From: a bacterium UBP17_UBA6191
GTDB taxonomy: Bacteria; Muiribacteriota; UBA6191
Direction of reading: 5' to 3'
DNA: 48,329 nucleotides
Assembly (NCBI GenBank): GCA_002422125.1
Contig: DITF01000082.1
Location: 1 to 48,329 of the forward strand
Part shown: positions 21,801-30,200 of the stretch, piece after piece
Position numbering within the stretch: position 1 is the first letter of the stretch
How the letters are laid out: each line of letters opens with the position of its first letter
Program-made: the position numbers and the translations under genes
The notes under the pieces: generated by a model
Told to the model about the DNA's origin: nothing
The model's input: the letters and a program-made list of their open reading frames with translations, nothing else
Databases searched by the model: none

Positions 21801-22437
21801 AACTTAAGAGAGAAATATCGTCTGGAGCTAGAGTAAGTTGGTCATTGGAGTAAAATGGAAACATGGTGCTTTCAGAAATTTGGGCATTTTTGAGCACAAA
21901 AGCGCGAATGGGTGAGTGATCAAAGCCTAAAAGATGGCCAAATTCATGGGTAGCTACCCCTGATAAAAGAATGCGGTTGGCCAAAGGATCAGAATTAGCC
22001 ACGGTATTCACAAACACAAAATCCTGTTTGTTAAACATAATATCGGCATCCACAATTTCCCCGTTATCGTTTCGGGCCGTAGTAAAAGTGATTGCAATTA
22101 CACCAGGATTAAAATTGCTGCCACTACCAAAACTAATATGATTCATCATGTCAGGAGGGGAACCACCAAGGGCAGTAGGTGAGGATGCCGTTGTTAATAC
22201 GGTAAAGCTTACCGAGGCATCGGCTACACTTTGCCATTGGTTAGCGGCAATCTGAATTTCTGACATGACCTCAGCATTGGATAAAGAGCTTGCGGTAGAA
22301 GCATTTACATGCACGGTAATGGCACTATTGGGCCAGCGCATGCGTTCAAACGAACCAGTTGCAGTTCGGACAAAAAAGGGAATACCTGCTTGCAGAACAG
22401 AAACCTGAACCAGCAGAAGTACCCAAAAGTAGCGCAT
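18802..22437 (-). CDS. Secreted multidomain metzincin (matrixin/M10-like) metalloprotease with a C-terminal dockerin-like module
   Basis: 1211 aa with a signal peptide. The zinc motif is HEFGHLLGFDHSP (HExxHxxGxxH) with a Met-turn candidate STMFP. A CarboxypepD_reg-like beta-sandwich follows (GAHVLIWDV...DGRYEVLGVPRGNYEAFIEP). The long middle region looks Ig-like and beta-rich. The C-terminus has a two-segment dockerin/EF-hand-like module (TNRIDPFDIAIMARHI and DFNADGIVNEQDMQLMLKAYG). Confidence 0.8.
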   Translation of the reverse strand: MRYFWVLLLVQVSVLQAGIPFFVRTATGSFERMRWPNSAITVHVNASTASSLSNAEVMSEIQIAANQWQSVADASVSFTVLTTASSPTALGGSPPDMMNHISFGSGSNFNPGVIAITFTTARNDNGEIVDADIMFNKQDFVFVNTVANSDPLANRILLSGVATHEFGHLLGFDHSPIRAFVLKNAQISESTMFPFYSNDQLTLAPDDISLLSFTYPSGSGNFNGFVSGQIQSGAIAGEVINGAHVLIWDVEDRSKMYSSISGITGSGINFDGRYEVLGVPRGNYEAFIEPFPIAAPNYPNRQVQLQSDFVFLNAVPDTLRQSFLNRVRTFPLEFWHNQAESALEPTSGSDTAVAFFLPVNGRQTVNFVTNQGNSNVNLSGSSLEVDQLFLYPNGKNAGEDLNLSWTRGKLIARNNSNQVVDTDLSERLTMTMVPANTADYSQNNLSSRATLCQTIAQPSFSRTTAITSIQPTYIQSSTPYYAFEIYAPLRTGAPDSCLTRLNVSLDSETGTTQIFVSSLLFISKANSDRSLVTFVPDIVFGIKNSGRQVFGDANKAYSAPGTFKIEPRFPNDQRVLAPITVTPDTSFVTSISSQNSPVVTSPIAEITDSIGKLYQTTVQFAGEDNAEIQINLDGVALALQPAINFQSISPTGSSFLLSQGTVHITFPGIATAVAEVRIFPAFADQTPIPFIFQPSDFNVILTGSTGLPLFGAGTTGPFIIMNDGLIDPFPSPRKSDSITYLGNPFYRSFIPAQPGVGSFNMRVSIVDIPLTQQEVLKFDTSSPALTEIVASKRYLAMNSGEEIEVELIPRFSDNTRVNADISGLAFLSLGSSDGCHDTLASLRNANNQETSPTNLSINPSPISVANSIRLTTVLRSRVTGFVTTSCPVTISGRINSSGFQDIGKPARVEILDINENRLEVNLDSDVLPADGISTTRITVIPTFPDGSRMGPNLDATRIKASISSGEFLRKALQPDGVTQFLRPEGSQQVSFFNNLDGTYELSIRSTNFSTRAFITLFVDNRLSLITKELEFTKTGSADPDKTLIFVDTPVIYANGKNVAKITIYPRTVANEPLFLPDTSIVSIFTTIGVLQGAITSNADGSWTQIIRSIPSLISVTADIRVEIDSIRMQPTQPITIRMVNLDASKVVADFIFPQTNRIDPFDIAIMARHIRQGLCTVSKKDNCLLDFNADGIVNEQDMQLMLKAYGNEALQ

Positions 22438-22439
22438 TA

Positions 22440-23009
22440 CTATTTTATCTCCTGTAAGAACTGCCTTAGGTCGCTAACACTGCGGCTGCGTTTAAACTGG
22501 TTCAACTTCTGAAATTTTTCCGTAGAGCCTCGAAGTCTCATCATACTAAATTGTAAATTGGATTCTGAGGTTACTTCGGAAGGCTCCATTGTACCGGATA
22601 CCAACCATTCCCCACTCCCAGACTGGATCAAACTTAAGCTTCCCAGTGAATACCCAAGAACCTGAAAAGATTTTTCCCCTTGCCACAGAAATAAAACCTC
22701 TTGATCGCCTTCTTGATAGTTTTTGACTCCAGATACGACGGTAGTGTAGCCATCCAGACTGCCTCCAGGTTGTTCTACTTCTATAGTTTGCGAACCGGAG
22801 TGTAAAAGATCTTCCTCGACCAAAAATGTATAAATTGTCCAAAGGTGAGAATTTCTCCATTCTACCCGTTTGGAAACGGGGTGAGCCCTAACAACTCGAT
22901 GCGATTTTTGGGCCAAAGTTGTCAAATCCATTTGCGCCAGAGTTGTGGCGAAAGTCCCTTGGGATAGGACAAGAAACCATAAAATGGAAACTACTTTGAT
23001 AAAACGCAT
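22440..23009 (-). CDS. Hypothetical secreted protein, first gene of the metzincin operon
   Basis: 189 aa with an N-terminal signal peptide (VVSILWFLVLSQGTFA). There is a 2-nt gap to the protease gene. I recognise no family. Confidence 0.5.
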   Translation of the reverse strand: MRFIKVVSILWFLVLSQGTFATTLAQMDLTTLAQKSHRVVRAHPVSKRVEWRNSHLWTIYTFLVEEDLLHSGSQTIEVEQPGGSLDGYTTVVSGVKNYQEGDQEVLFLWQGEKSFQVLGYSLGSLSLIQSGSGEWLVSGTMEPSEVTSESNLQFSMMRLRGSTEKFQKLNQFKRSRSVSDLRQFLQEIK

Positions 23010-23085
23010 AAAATTCCTATCGGCTTTCTGAACAAATACTTATCTGTCTGGCAAGAAATTGGTATTTCGTTCCGATGAAAAGGGC

Positions 23086-24174
23086 ATGGATTTTTATCAA
23101 TTGAGTACGCGATTTACCCTAGTGATGTTGCTTATTGTATCTCTTATCCTGTTTGTGGGCTGTAATTCGGGGGATCCGTACACAAGTCCCATCCCTCAGG
23201 GCTTGTCAGTAGTTAAGATTACGCCCCAGGAAAATGCCCAAAATGTGGACATCAGAAGCAGTATTGAAGTTATTTTTGAAAATGCCGTAGACGCTAAATC
23301 TTTGAATGATAAGAACTTTATCATTAGTGATCGTAGAAATGGCAATGTGGTTCCGGGAAAAATTGTGTGGCAACCGGAATCCAAAAAGGCGGTTTACACT
23401 CCTTTGCAACCTCTGGCACAGGGTAGAGACTATGAAGTTGCCATCAATCAAATCAAGGGGGCCCAAGGGGAGTTTGTACCACCGCATGTGTTTCGCTTTC
23501 GCACAGCATTGCCATTTGAAGTGGTTAAAATCAATCCCTTACCGGATTCAAAAGGTATCCCAGTGTCAGGAGCATTAAAGCAGGAAATCCTGATTCAGTT
23601 TTCTGATTCCTTAATTAATGATTTAATCCCCTCCAGGTTTTATGCCTTTGAGGAATCCATTGGTGAGCAGTTTTCTACCACCTTGGATGCCCAAATTACC
23701 TACAATGAGACTTTAAAGGCCTTAAGCTTAAAACCGCGTTTGGGCCGTTTAAAATACTCGACTCGTTATCATGTAGTTTTAAAGGATGTTCAATCGGTTA
23801 ACTCTGGTCGCATTGATGAAGTCAGGTATTCGTTTGAGACGGAAATGGCAAGGGTTCGCAGTGTGGATCCAGGTTCACAAAGCCTGACAAATTTAACCAC
23901 AGTTCCCATTAGCATTTTATTTTCCCTTCCCGTGGACAGAAACAGTTTGCAGGGCAATCTGAAGTTACGACGCTTTTACGGGTTTCAGCAGGAATATATC
24001 TGGCCCGAATCCCCTGTTTATCTTGAAGAAGGGGAAGGCACAAGAGTGACATATTCCACGGCATCTTCGCCTTTATTAAGTGGAACCAGATATGAACTAT
24101 TTATCGATGGGGTCCGTTCTGTAAATGGGGAAAGATTTGAGGAATTTAAAAGTTGGTTTGAAACCAGAAACTGA
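23086..24174 (+). CDS. Lipoprotein with tandem SbsA/Big_5-type Ig-like domains
   Basis: Lipobox LFVGC. Repeated modules of the form V(V/R)xI/V(T/N/D)P...(N/G)V/IP....I.I.FS/E....SL occur, for example VVKITPQENAQNVDIRSSIEVIFENAVDAKSL, VVKINPLPDSKGIPVSG..ILIQFSDSL and VRSVDPGSQSLTNLTTVPISILFSLPVDRNSL. I prefer the ATG at 23086 (preceded by GAAAAGGG) over the TTG at 23059 in the ORF track. Confidence 0.65.
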   Translation: MDFYQLSTRFTLVMLLIVSLILFVGCNSGDPYTSPIPQGLSVVKITPQENAQNVDIRSSIEVIFENAVDAKSLNDKNFIISDRRNGNVVPGKIVWQPESKKAVYTPLQPLAQGRDYEVAINQIKGAQGEFVPPHVFRFRTALPFEVVKINPLPDSKGIPVSGALKQEILIQFSDSLINDLIPSRFYAFEESIGEQFSTTLDAQITYNETLKALSLKPRLGRLKYSTRYHVVLKDVQSVNSGRIDEVRYSFETEMARVRSVDPGSQSLTNLTTVPISILFSLPVDRNSLQGNLKLRRFYGFQQEYIWPESPVYLEEGEGTRVTYSTASSPLLSGTRYELFIDGVRSVNGERFEEFKSWFETRN

Positions 24175-25138
24175 GTCAAAAGCAATTTTATTGCTTAACT
24201 GGTATCGCAAAAACAAAAGGCAATTGCCTTGGAGAGATCAAGATAACGCCTATCTTACATTGGTCTCTGAGATTATGCTTCAGCAAACCAGGGTAGAAGC
24301 AGTGAAACCAATTTTTTCCCGATTTGTTAAGAGGTTTTCTGGATTCGAGAGTTTGGCAATGGCCCAGGAATCCGAAGTTCTTGCCTACTGGCAGGGGCTT
24401 GGCTATTACCGAAGGGCAAAAAATTTGCATCAATGCGCCAAAAAGATTGTAAACATGGCCAAGATACCAAGGACGAAAGACCAGTGGATTCAGTTGCCTG
24501 GAATTGGGGATTACACGGCTAGCGCTATAGCATCCTTGGCCTTTCATGAACCGGTTTTTGTGTTGGATGGAAATGTGATCCGCATTGCGACCAGAATCTT
24601 TGCCATAAAGGGAGATCCCACAAAACGACAAATTCGCCAAGTCATTCAAAATAAAGTTTCTGAGGAGTTGTTTTATCCAAATTTTTCAGCGGACTCGAAT
24701 CAGGCTATGATGGAACTTGGGGCCTTAATTTGTTTGCCCAAAAATCCCCTGTGTGGATCCTGCCCCTTGGAATCTGTCTGCGTGGCCAAGTTTAGTCAGA
24801 GGATAGCGGAATTTCCTGAAGTAAAATTAAGGTCCCAAAAGATAGAAATCAGTCTCAATCTGTATCTTTTCAGGGATGTAGATAATAGGCCAGTTTTAGG
24901 CAAGCCCTGGAGAGGTTATCAAAAAGACTATCTGTTTCCAGTCTGGATAGAGTCAGCACCGACACCAAAATATAACTATGCAGGTCATTTTCGACACGCC
25001 ATTACAAACTACAGCATTACGGCTCATGTATATTTTGAGGATGTATCTGTCATCAAACAATACCAAGAGCTTTTGGGACCAAAATCGACACTTCTGTTGA
25101 AGGCACTTCATAAGGCTGTGATATACTCCGCCCCATGA
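24125..25138 (+). CDS. mutY: A/G-specific adenine DNA glycosylase MutY
   Basis: N-terminal LLNWYRKNKRQLPWR. HhH-GPD region is LPGIGDYTASAIASLAF. The 4Fe-4S cluster loop is CLPKNPLCGSCPLESVC, and a C-terminal NUDIX-like domain follows. The start is uncertain: the ATG at 24125 overlaps the upstream gene by 50 nt, and an in-frame TTG at 24191 is an alternative. Confidence 0.88.
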   Translation: MGKDLRNLKVGLKPETESKAILLLNWYRKNKRQLPWRDQDNAYLTLVSEIMLQQTRVEAVKPIFSRFVKRFSGFESLAMAQESEVLAYWQGLGYYRRAKNLHQCAKKIVNMAKIPRTKDQWIQLPGIGDYTASAIASLAFHEPVFVLDGNVIRIATRIFAIKGDPTKRQIRQVIQNKVSEELFYPNFSADSNQAMMELGALICLPKNPLCGSCPLESVCVAKFSQRIAEFPEVKLRSQKIEISLNLYLFRDVDNRPVLGKPWRGYQKDYLFPVWIESAPTPKYNYAGHFRHAITNYSITAHVYFEDVSVIKQYQELLGPKSTLLLKALHKAVIYSAP

Positions 25139-25887
25139 TTAGTTTATATCAAATTCTGGCCTTTTATTGTGTATTGGCATTTGTGACTACGGCTTTGGTT
25201 GGGATTTATCCGAGGCTTGATCCAGAGGCGGTTCATCTGGCATTGCATATGAAGCTTGGAAAGGCTTCAGCCCACCCTACAATGCTGATTGCATTGATTG
25301 GGATTGTCGGATTAAGCCTGCAGTTTAAAATTGCCAGTTCTTTAAATATTGCGGGCCGTTTTCTAATTTGGCTAAAAGGTTGTTTGGTCGGGCTTATGGT
25401 TTGTGCTTCTGCATTTGCTGCCTACAAAAGCGGACGGGCGCTTGAAACAGGCACAGTGCTTTTAAATGAGCTTAGCAAACGCGATCACCTGCATCACAAT
25501 ATGTTGTGCCTGATTATTGTTGTGGCTGGTTTATTTGTGCTGGCCCGCTATTTGCAGATTATGTCTGAAAATATTCGTCAGGCTAGACGCAATGCGGGTA
25601 TTCCTGTAAAAGAATATGCCTTTTTGGAGGATGAGCACTTTTACGGTTTTGAAAGAGCCAAGCAGTTTTTGTTTCTAGGCATTAATGTCTGGTGGCCCTT
25701 TTTGGTTCTGTATTATGGTGTAGGTCTGACAGAGTTGAAGCCCATGTGGTTTTTGCCAGTTCACCTTGCAGGAGTTTTGCCCTTTTCTTATCTGAAAAGA
25801 AAACATAAATTCAAGCGGACCATCAATCCCGCTTACAAGGGGACAATTCGCAATGCGGCCCGTTATGCTCCTAAAGAACGAATGTGA
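25135..25887 (+). CDS. Hypothetical integral membrane protein
   Basis: 250 aa with about six hydrophobic helices. It has an ATGA overlap with the mutY stop. I recognise no family. Confidence 0.5.
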   Translation: MISLYQILAFYCVLAFVTTALVGIYPRLDPEAVHLALHMKLGKASAHPTMLIALIGIVGLSLQFKIASSLNIAGRFLIWLKGCLVGLMVCASAFAAYKSGRALETGTVLLNELSKRDHLHHNMLCLIIVVAGLFVLARYLQIMSENIRQARRNAGIPVKEYAFLEDEHFYGFERAKQFLFLGINVWWPFLVLYYGVGLTELKPMWFLPVHLAGVLPFSYLKRKHKFKRTINPAYKGTIRNAARYAPKERM

Positions 25888-27272
25888 ATTCGGCTCAGTT
25901 CTTCTTTGAACAGGGCAAAATCCTTATCAATCATTCCCATGACATTTTTAGCCAGTTCTAGTTCTTGTTTGGTCAGATTTTCTTCTTTGGTGAATTTTTC
26001 TAAAATCCGTGAGAACTTTTTGTAGGCTCTGCGAAAGTTGTTGTCTCCCACAGCCACTTTATTCATGCTTTCCTCAAACTTGGCCTGAAGCCTTAAGAGA
26101 TAATCATTTTCATGAATAATATAATGAGATAAAGCCTTACATAAAAACAGGGCCAGCTTGGGGTGAAAACGACAGGTATCATCAAATTTGTTAATCTGAA
26201 TACGAAAGCAACGCACTGGTGAAATACACTTTAATGTGTCCGTATATTTGCCTTGAAACTTGGTCGGATTTTGCAGAGGGTTCAAAAAATGGATCATTTG
26301 ACCGGGTGTAGAATAAAGATTCACCCTGTAGTCGTTGATAATGGTTTCCACTTTGCCTTTTTTCAGAATAAAAAACTCAGTCTGGGGATCACCTTCTTTA
26401 CACAAGTAGGTGTTAATTCCCAGATAGCTTTCCAGCTCAGTTGGCAATGAGTCCTCGCGGAAGTCAAACTCCTGAAACTTTCGCTCTACTTCCTCGCGGC
26501 GAATTGCCTGGGTATTTGACAATGGAGGAAGATCAGCCGCCTCTTTGACAATTTTATTTAACCATTCCAGATTGGGATTATTTTCTTTTTTCTTACGCAG
26601 CGAGCTGTAGACCTTGGAATAAACTTCTCTGTATCCCTGCATTTTGGCAATCAGGGCAGAGTAGAGCTTTTCAATCTCATCCACGGATTTTCTGACTTTT
26701 CTCAGGCGAACCGCCAGGCTGGAACACAAAGAAATACCTAATTGGTAATTGTTTAAAAGCGTGCGCTTAAAAGTCTTTTCATTGGTGGGGATCTCTAAAA
26801 CTTCGGTTTCGGTGAGGCATTTAATGGAGGCATTACGGACCCCGTTTAAAATGGCAGCCATTTCACCAAACTTCGTGTTGGCTCCTTTTATGGTAGTGAT
26901 GATTTTTCCGTGTTCGTTCACAAACAGTTTGGCTTTATCCAAAGAGTCAAGCGGAGGAGTCACTTCCGTGGCAATGATTTGCAAGACCCCAGATTTGAGG
27001 ACAAAGATGTGTTCCGCCATTTCTCCCTGAAAGCAGATATAGTCCCCAATTTTGTAGCGCTTTGAAGGTAATTTGGGGCCATCCTGAGTTGCATTTGCCT
27101 CATCGGTAATAGCAATTTCCAGGTAATCAAGACTTAAGATATTATTAATCATGGTGGCACTAAGCCGGATGCCTCGGGCGTATACCACTTCTTTGGTCTT
27201 TGGATCAAAGATATCCTGACCAAGCACGGTCCCAGGTTTTACCTTCTCTATAGGAATTAGTTCTTCTGCCAT
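25863..27272 (-). CDS. Protein with two cyclic-nucleotide-binding (CAP/cNMP) domains
   Basis: The first cNMP domain is ICFQGEMAEHIFVLKSGVLQI...FGEMAAILNGVRNASIKCLTETEVLEI. The second is more degenerate (YLCKEGDPQTEFFILKKGKVETI). I see no DNA-binding HTH. Confidence 0.65.
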   Translation of the reverse strand: MAEELIPIEKVKPGTVLGQDIFDPKTKEVVYARGIRLSATMINNILSLDYLEIAITDEANATQDGPKLPSKRYKIGDYICFQGEMAEHIFVLKSGVLQIIATEVTPPLDSLDKAKLFVNEHGKIITTIKGANTKFGEMAAILNGVRNASIKCLTETEVLEIPTNEKTFKRTLLNNYQLGISLCSSLAVRLRKVRKSVDEIEKLYSALIAKMQGYREVYSKVYSSLRKKKENNPNLEWLNKIVKEAADLPPLSNTQAIRREEVERKFQEFDFREDSLPTELESYLGINTYLCKEGDPQTEFFILKKGKVETIINDYRVNLYSTPGQMIHFLNPLQNPTKFQGKYTDTLKCISPVRCFRIQINKFDDTCRFHPKLALFLCKALSHYIIHENDYLLRLQAKFEESMNKVAVGDNNFRRAYKKFSRILEKFTKEENLTKQELELAKNVMGMIDKDFALFKEELSRIHIRSLGA

Positions 27273-27288
27273 GACTCCACCTATCTTA

Positions 27289-30200
27289 TCATGCTGATTG
27301 GGTTCTGGCTTTCATCAAAAGACTATTTGCCAGTTTTTGTAGCCTTGGTTCCGAGGGACTGTCAGTAATTACTTGTTTGAGCTGCTTTAGAGCTGTATCT
27401 CTGTGGTTTTGCCTCAGATTCAAAACCGCAATTTCCAAAAGGGTATTGGGCTTTTTCTGACGAGTATATAGATCCTCAAGCTCTTGTTTGGCCTCAGCCA
27501 TCATGCCGCAGGCCTTGTATAAAGAGGCTTTTTGTTCTCTGGCTTCCAGATTTTGTGGCTCAGTTTTTAAGACCTGATCGAGTTGAATCAGAGCTTCGCG
27601 AAAATCGCCCTGAACCTTTAAGATCTTGGCCAAACCCATTCTGGCAGGAACTAAAAATGGTTTTTGCTCCAGTGTTTTTTTATAAAGTGGAACGGCCTTC
27701 AGAAAATCACTTTTTTCTGCATAAATTTCGGCCAATTCAAACATCAAGGTCGGATTACTAGAATCCTGTTTTAAAAGATCCATAAGCAGAGCCTGAGCCT
27801 TGGGATAAATTTTCTGTCGCTTGTAAATCTGAACCAGTTGTAACTTCAGTGCCGGATTATCAGGGCTATGGGATAAATAATGTGAAAAGCACTCGGAGGC
27901 TTTGACATCTTTTTCCAATGCTAGCCAGGCATTTCCCATTTTCAGATATAGTTGACGATTTTCCTTGTCGTCTGGGGTCAGGCTTACGAGGGCCTGTAAG
28001 GCCTGAATTTCCTGAGAATGCATACCAGACTTATGCGATAATTCGGCTAGTTTATACCACTTGAGCCTATCCTTGGGGTGATGCTTTAGCACCTGCTTTA
28101 AGTGAAGCATGGAGTTTTGCAAATCACCCATTTCCATATAGGCTGGGATTAGTCTCTCACTGACTTCTGAAGATCCAGGATTGGCAAAAAATAGTTTTTG
28201 ATCGACTTTAAACCGTCCGACACGATCTCCCATTTTCCCCAGTACAAAGGAAAGTCGATTTAAGGCATCTACATGATTTGGATCAAGTGTGAGAATTTGC
28301 ACCAGTTTTTGCCGACAATTTTCAAAGGCCTCTTTTTGGTAGTACAGATTGGCCAGTTGTAAATAGAACTCGATCACACTGGACTCAGATCTTTTCTCAT
28401 TCAGAAAGAGGGTTTCAGCGCTTTCAAGCCAATGCTGGGAATGAATCAAATCTTTTTGCATAAGTGCAATCAAACCAAGCTGCTGGGGCCAGAAATACTC
28501 CTTGGGTTTCAATTTATGAGCCGACTCCAAAAGTAGTTTTTTTAGATTGATATCAATTTTAAGACGGGCATAGATTTTTTGAGCCATCGAGGAATTATTC
28601 TCAATCAGAGGCTCCCAATAACTGTGAATCTGTTTGGATGGAATAAGGGATTGAAATACAAGATACAAGCCTTCTTCATGGGCCTTTTGCATAAAGTCTG
28701 TAAATCCGATTTTTAGTAGCTCTTTAGCATAATCCTTATGATTTTGTTTATACAATACATGCACGAATTCCACCAAGTCTGAGCAGGTTAAAAGGCTTCT
28801 CTCGGCTGCAATTTTTGCATAATAATGAAGTCCTTGTGCATCAAGCTGTCTGTGTGTGGTTTGGCACAGCAAAAGAATGGCCTGTTTATCATGACTGATT
28901 AAATCCAAATGGGTTTCCAGGTTTTGTCGAGCTGAAAAGAGTTTGTTTTCCATTAACAGGGCATGACCATAATGCAGGTGAAAGTCCCGAGGCAGGGGCT
29001 TTTGTTCAGCCGTTTGTGTCAGTAGCCTTAAGGCTGAGTCGCTTTCTTGCAACTTGAGATAGGCAATGGCCGAATGATATTTCGAATCACCTTTATATGG
29101 GGAAGCATCATGAATTTTTTGGAAATAGCCAAGGGCCTCCTGAGGCAGATTTTGTACCAAACAGGCTTTTCCAATCAGAAGCTGCACTAAAGGGGGCATG
29201 TCAGTTTTAAATCGCACTTTTGTGATTTCAATAAACTCCAATAGGGAATTCATTTCCGAATGTATGGAAAATAGATATTCAATGGCCAGAAGTCCGCGAC
29301 CGGGACTCAAATTTAAGACATTGGTCCAGTGTTTTTTACTCTCAGCCCAGTCATTTTGCTCATGGGCAATTTCCCCTAGCAGGGAGTGAATCTGGGCTGG
29401 CTTCTTATCTCCATTTATCAGGGCCTCAGTAAGTCGTATGCGCGATTCACTCTGATTGCCTTGCCCCATAGCAATTACTCCCAAAAAGAAGCTGCTTCTA
29501 TAGGGTTTGATCGTATCGATTAACATCAGGTATTGTCTGGAAACTTCGAGTTTGTTTTGTGAGTAGGCGCGAATACCTAGCTTGTAAATCAGCTCGTTGT
29601 AATCTTCACAAAAGTCCCGGTGAGGCAGGAAGTCCTGTGGAGTGAATGTGTTGGCAATTGCTTGAAAAAAGGCTTGATTATGGATGGCCTCACGAATCTG
29701 GTCCGAAAGAATGTTTCTATGCCTTGGATTTTGGTATAGCCGGATTAACAACTCCATGGCTTTGTGATGCTGCATACTCATCAGAGCTGATTTGGCATAC
29801 AGAATTAACAATCTGGGTTCGAGATTGTTATCCAGGGCACAAAAATGTGAATATGCTTTGGCAAAATGACCTGTTTCAAAGGCGTGAATCGCTAATACCG
29901 TTAGACTTTCCGTGGTCTTGGGGAATTGTTTCAGCACGGATTCATGAATTGAAATGGATTCTTCAATATTCTTGTCTTTTAAAAACAGGGCTAGTTTTAA
30001 AAGGCCAACTTTGTCTTGTTGCAATACTTCTTTGGATTGTGGTAAAAACGCGGATAAAGCAGGATTAAGAAGGCCTAGTTGGGCCATATCGATTAAAAAT
30101 CTCCAGGCTTCTAAGCAAATCGGTTTTTGCATCAATGCTTGAATCAACCATTCTCTGGTCTGGGGTAGTTCATTTTCCTTGTAGTGGCAAAAAGTTCTGC

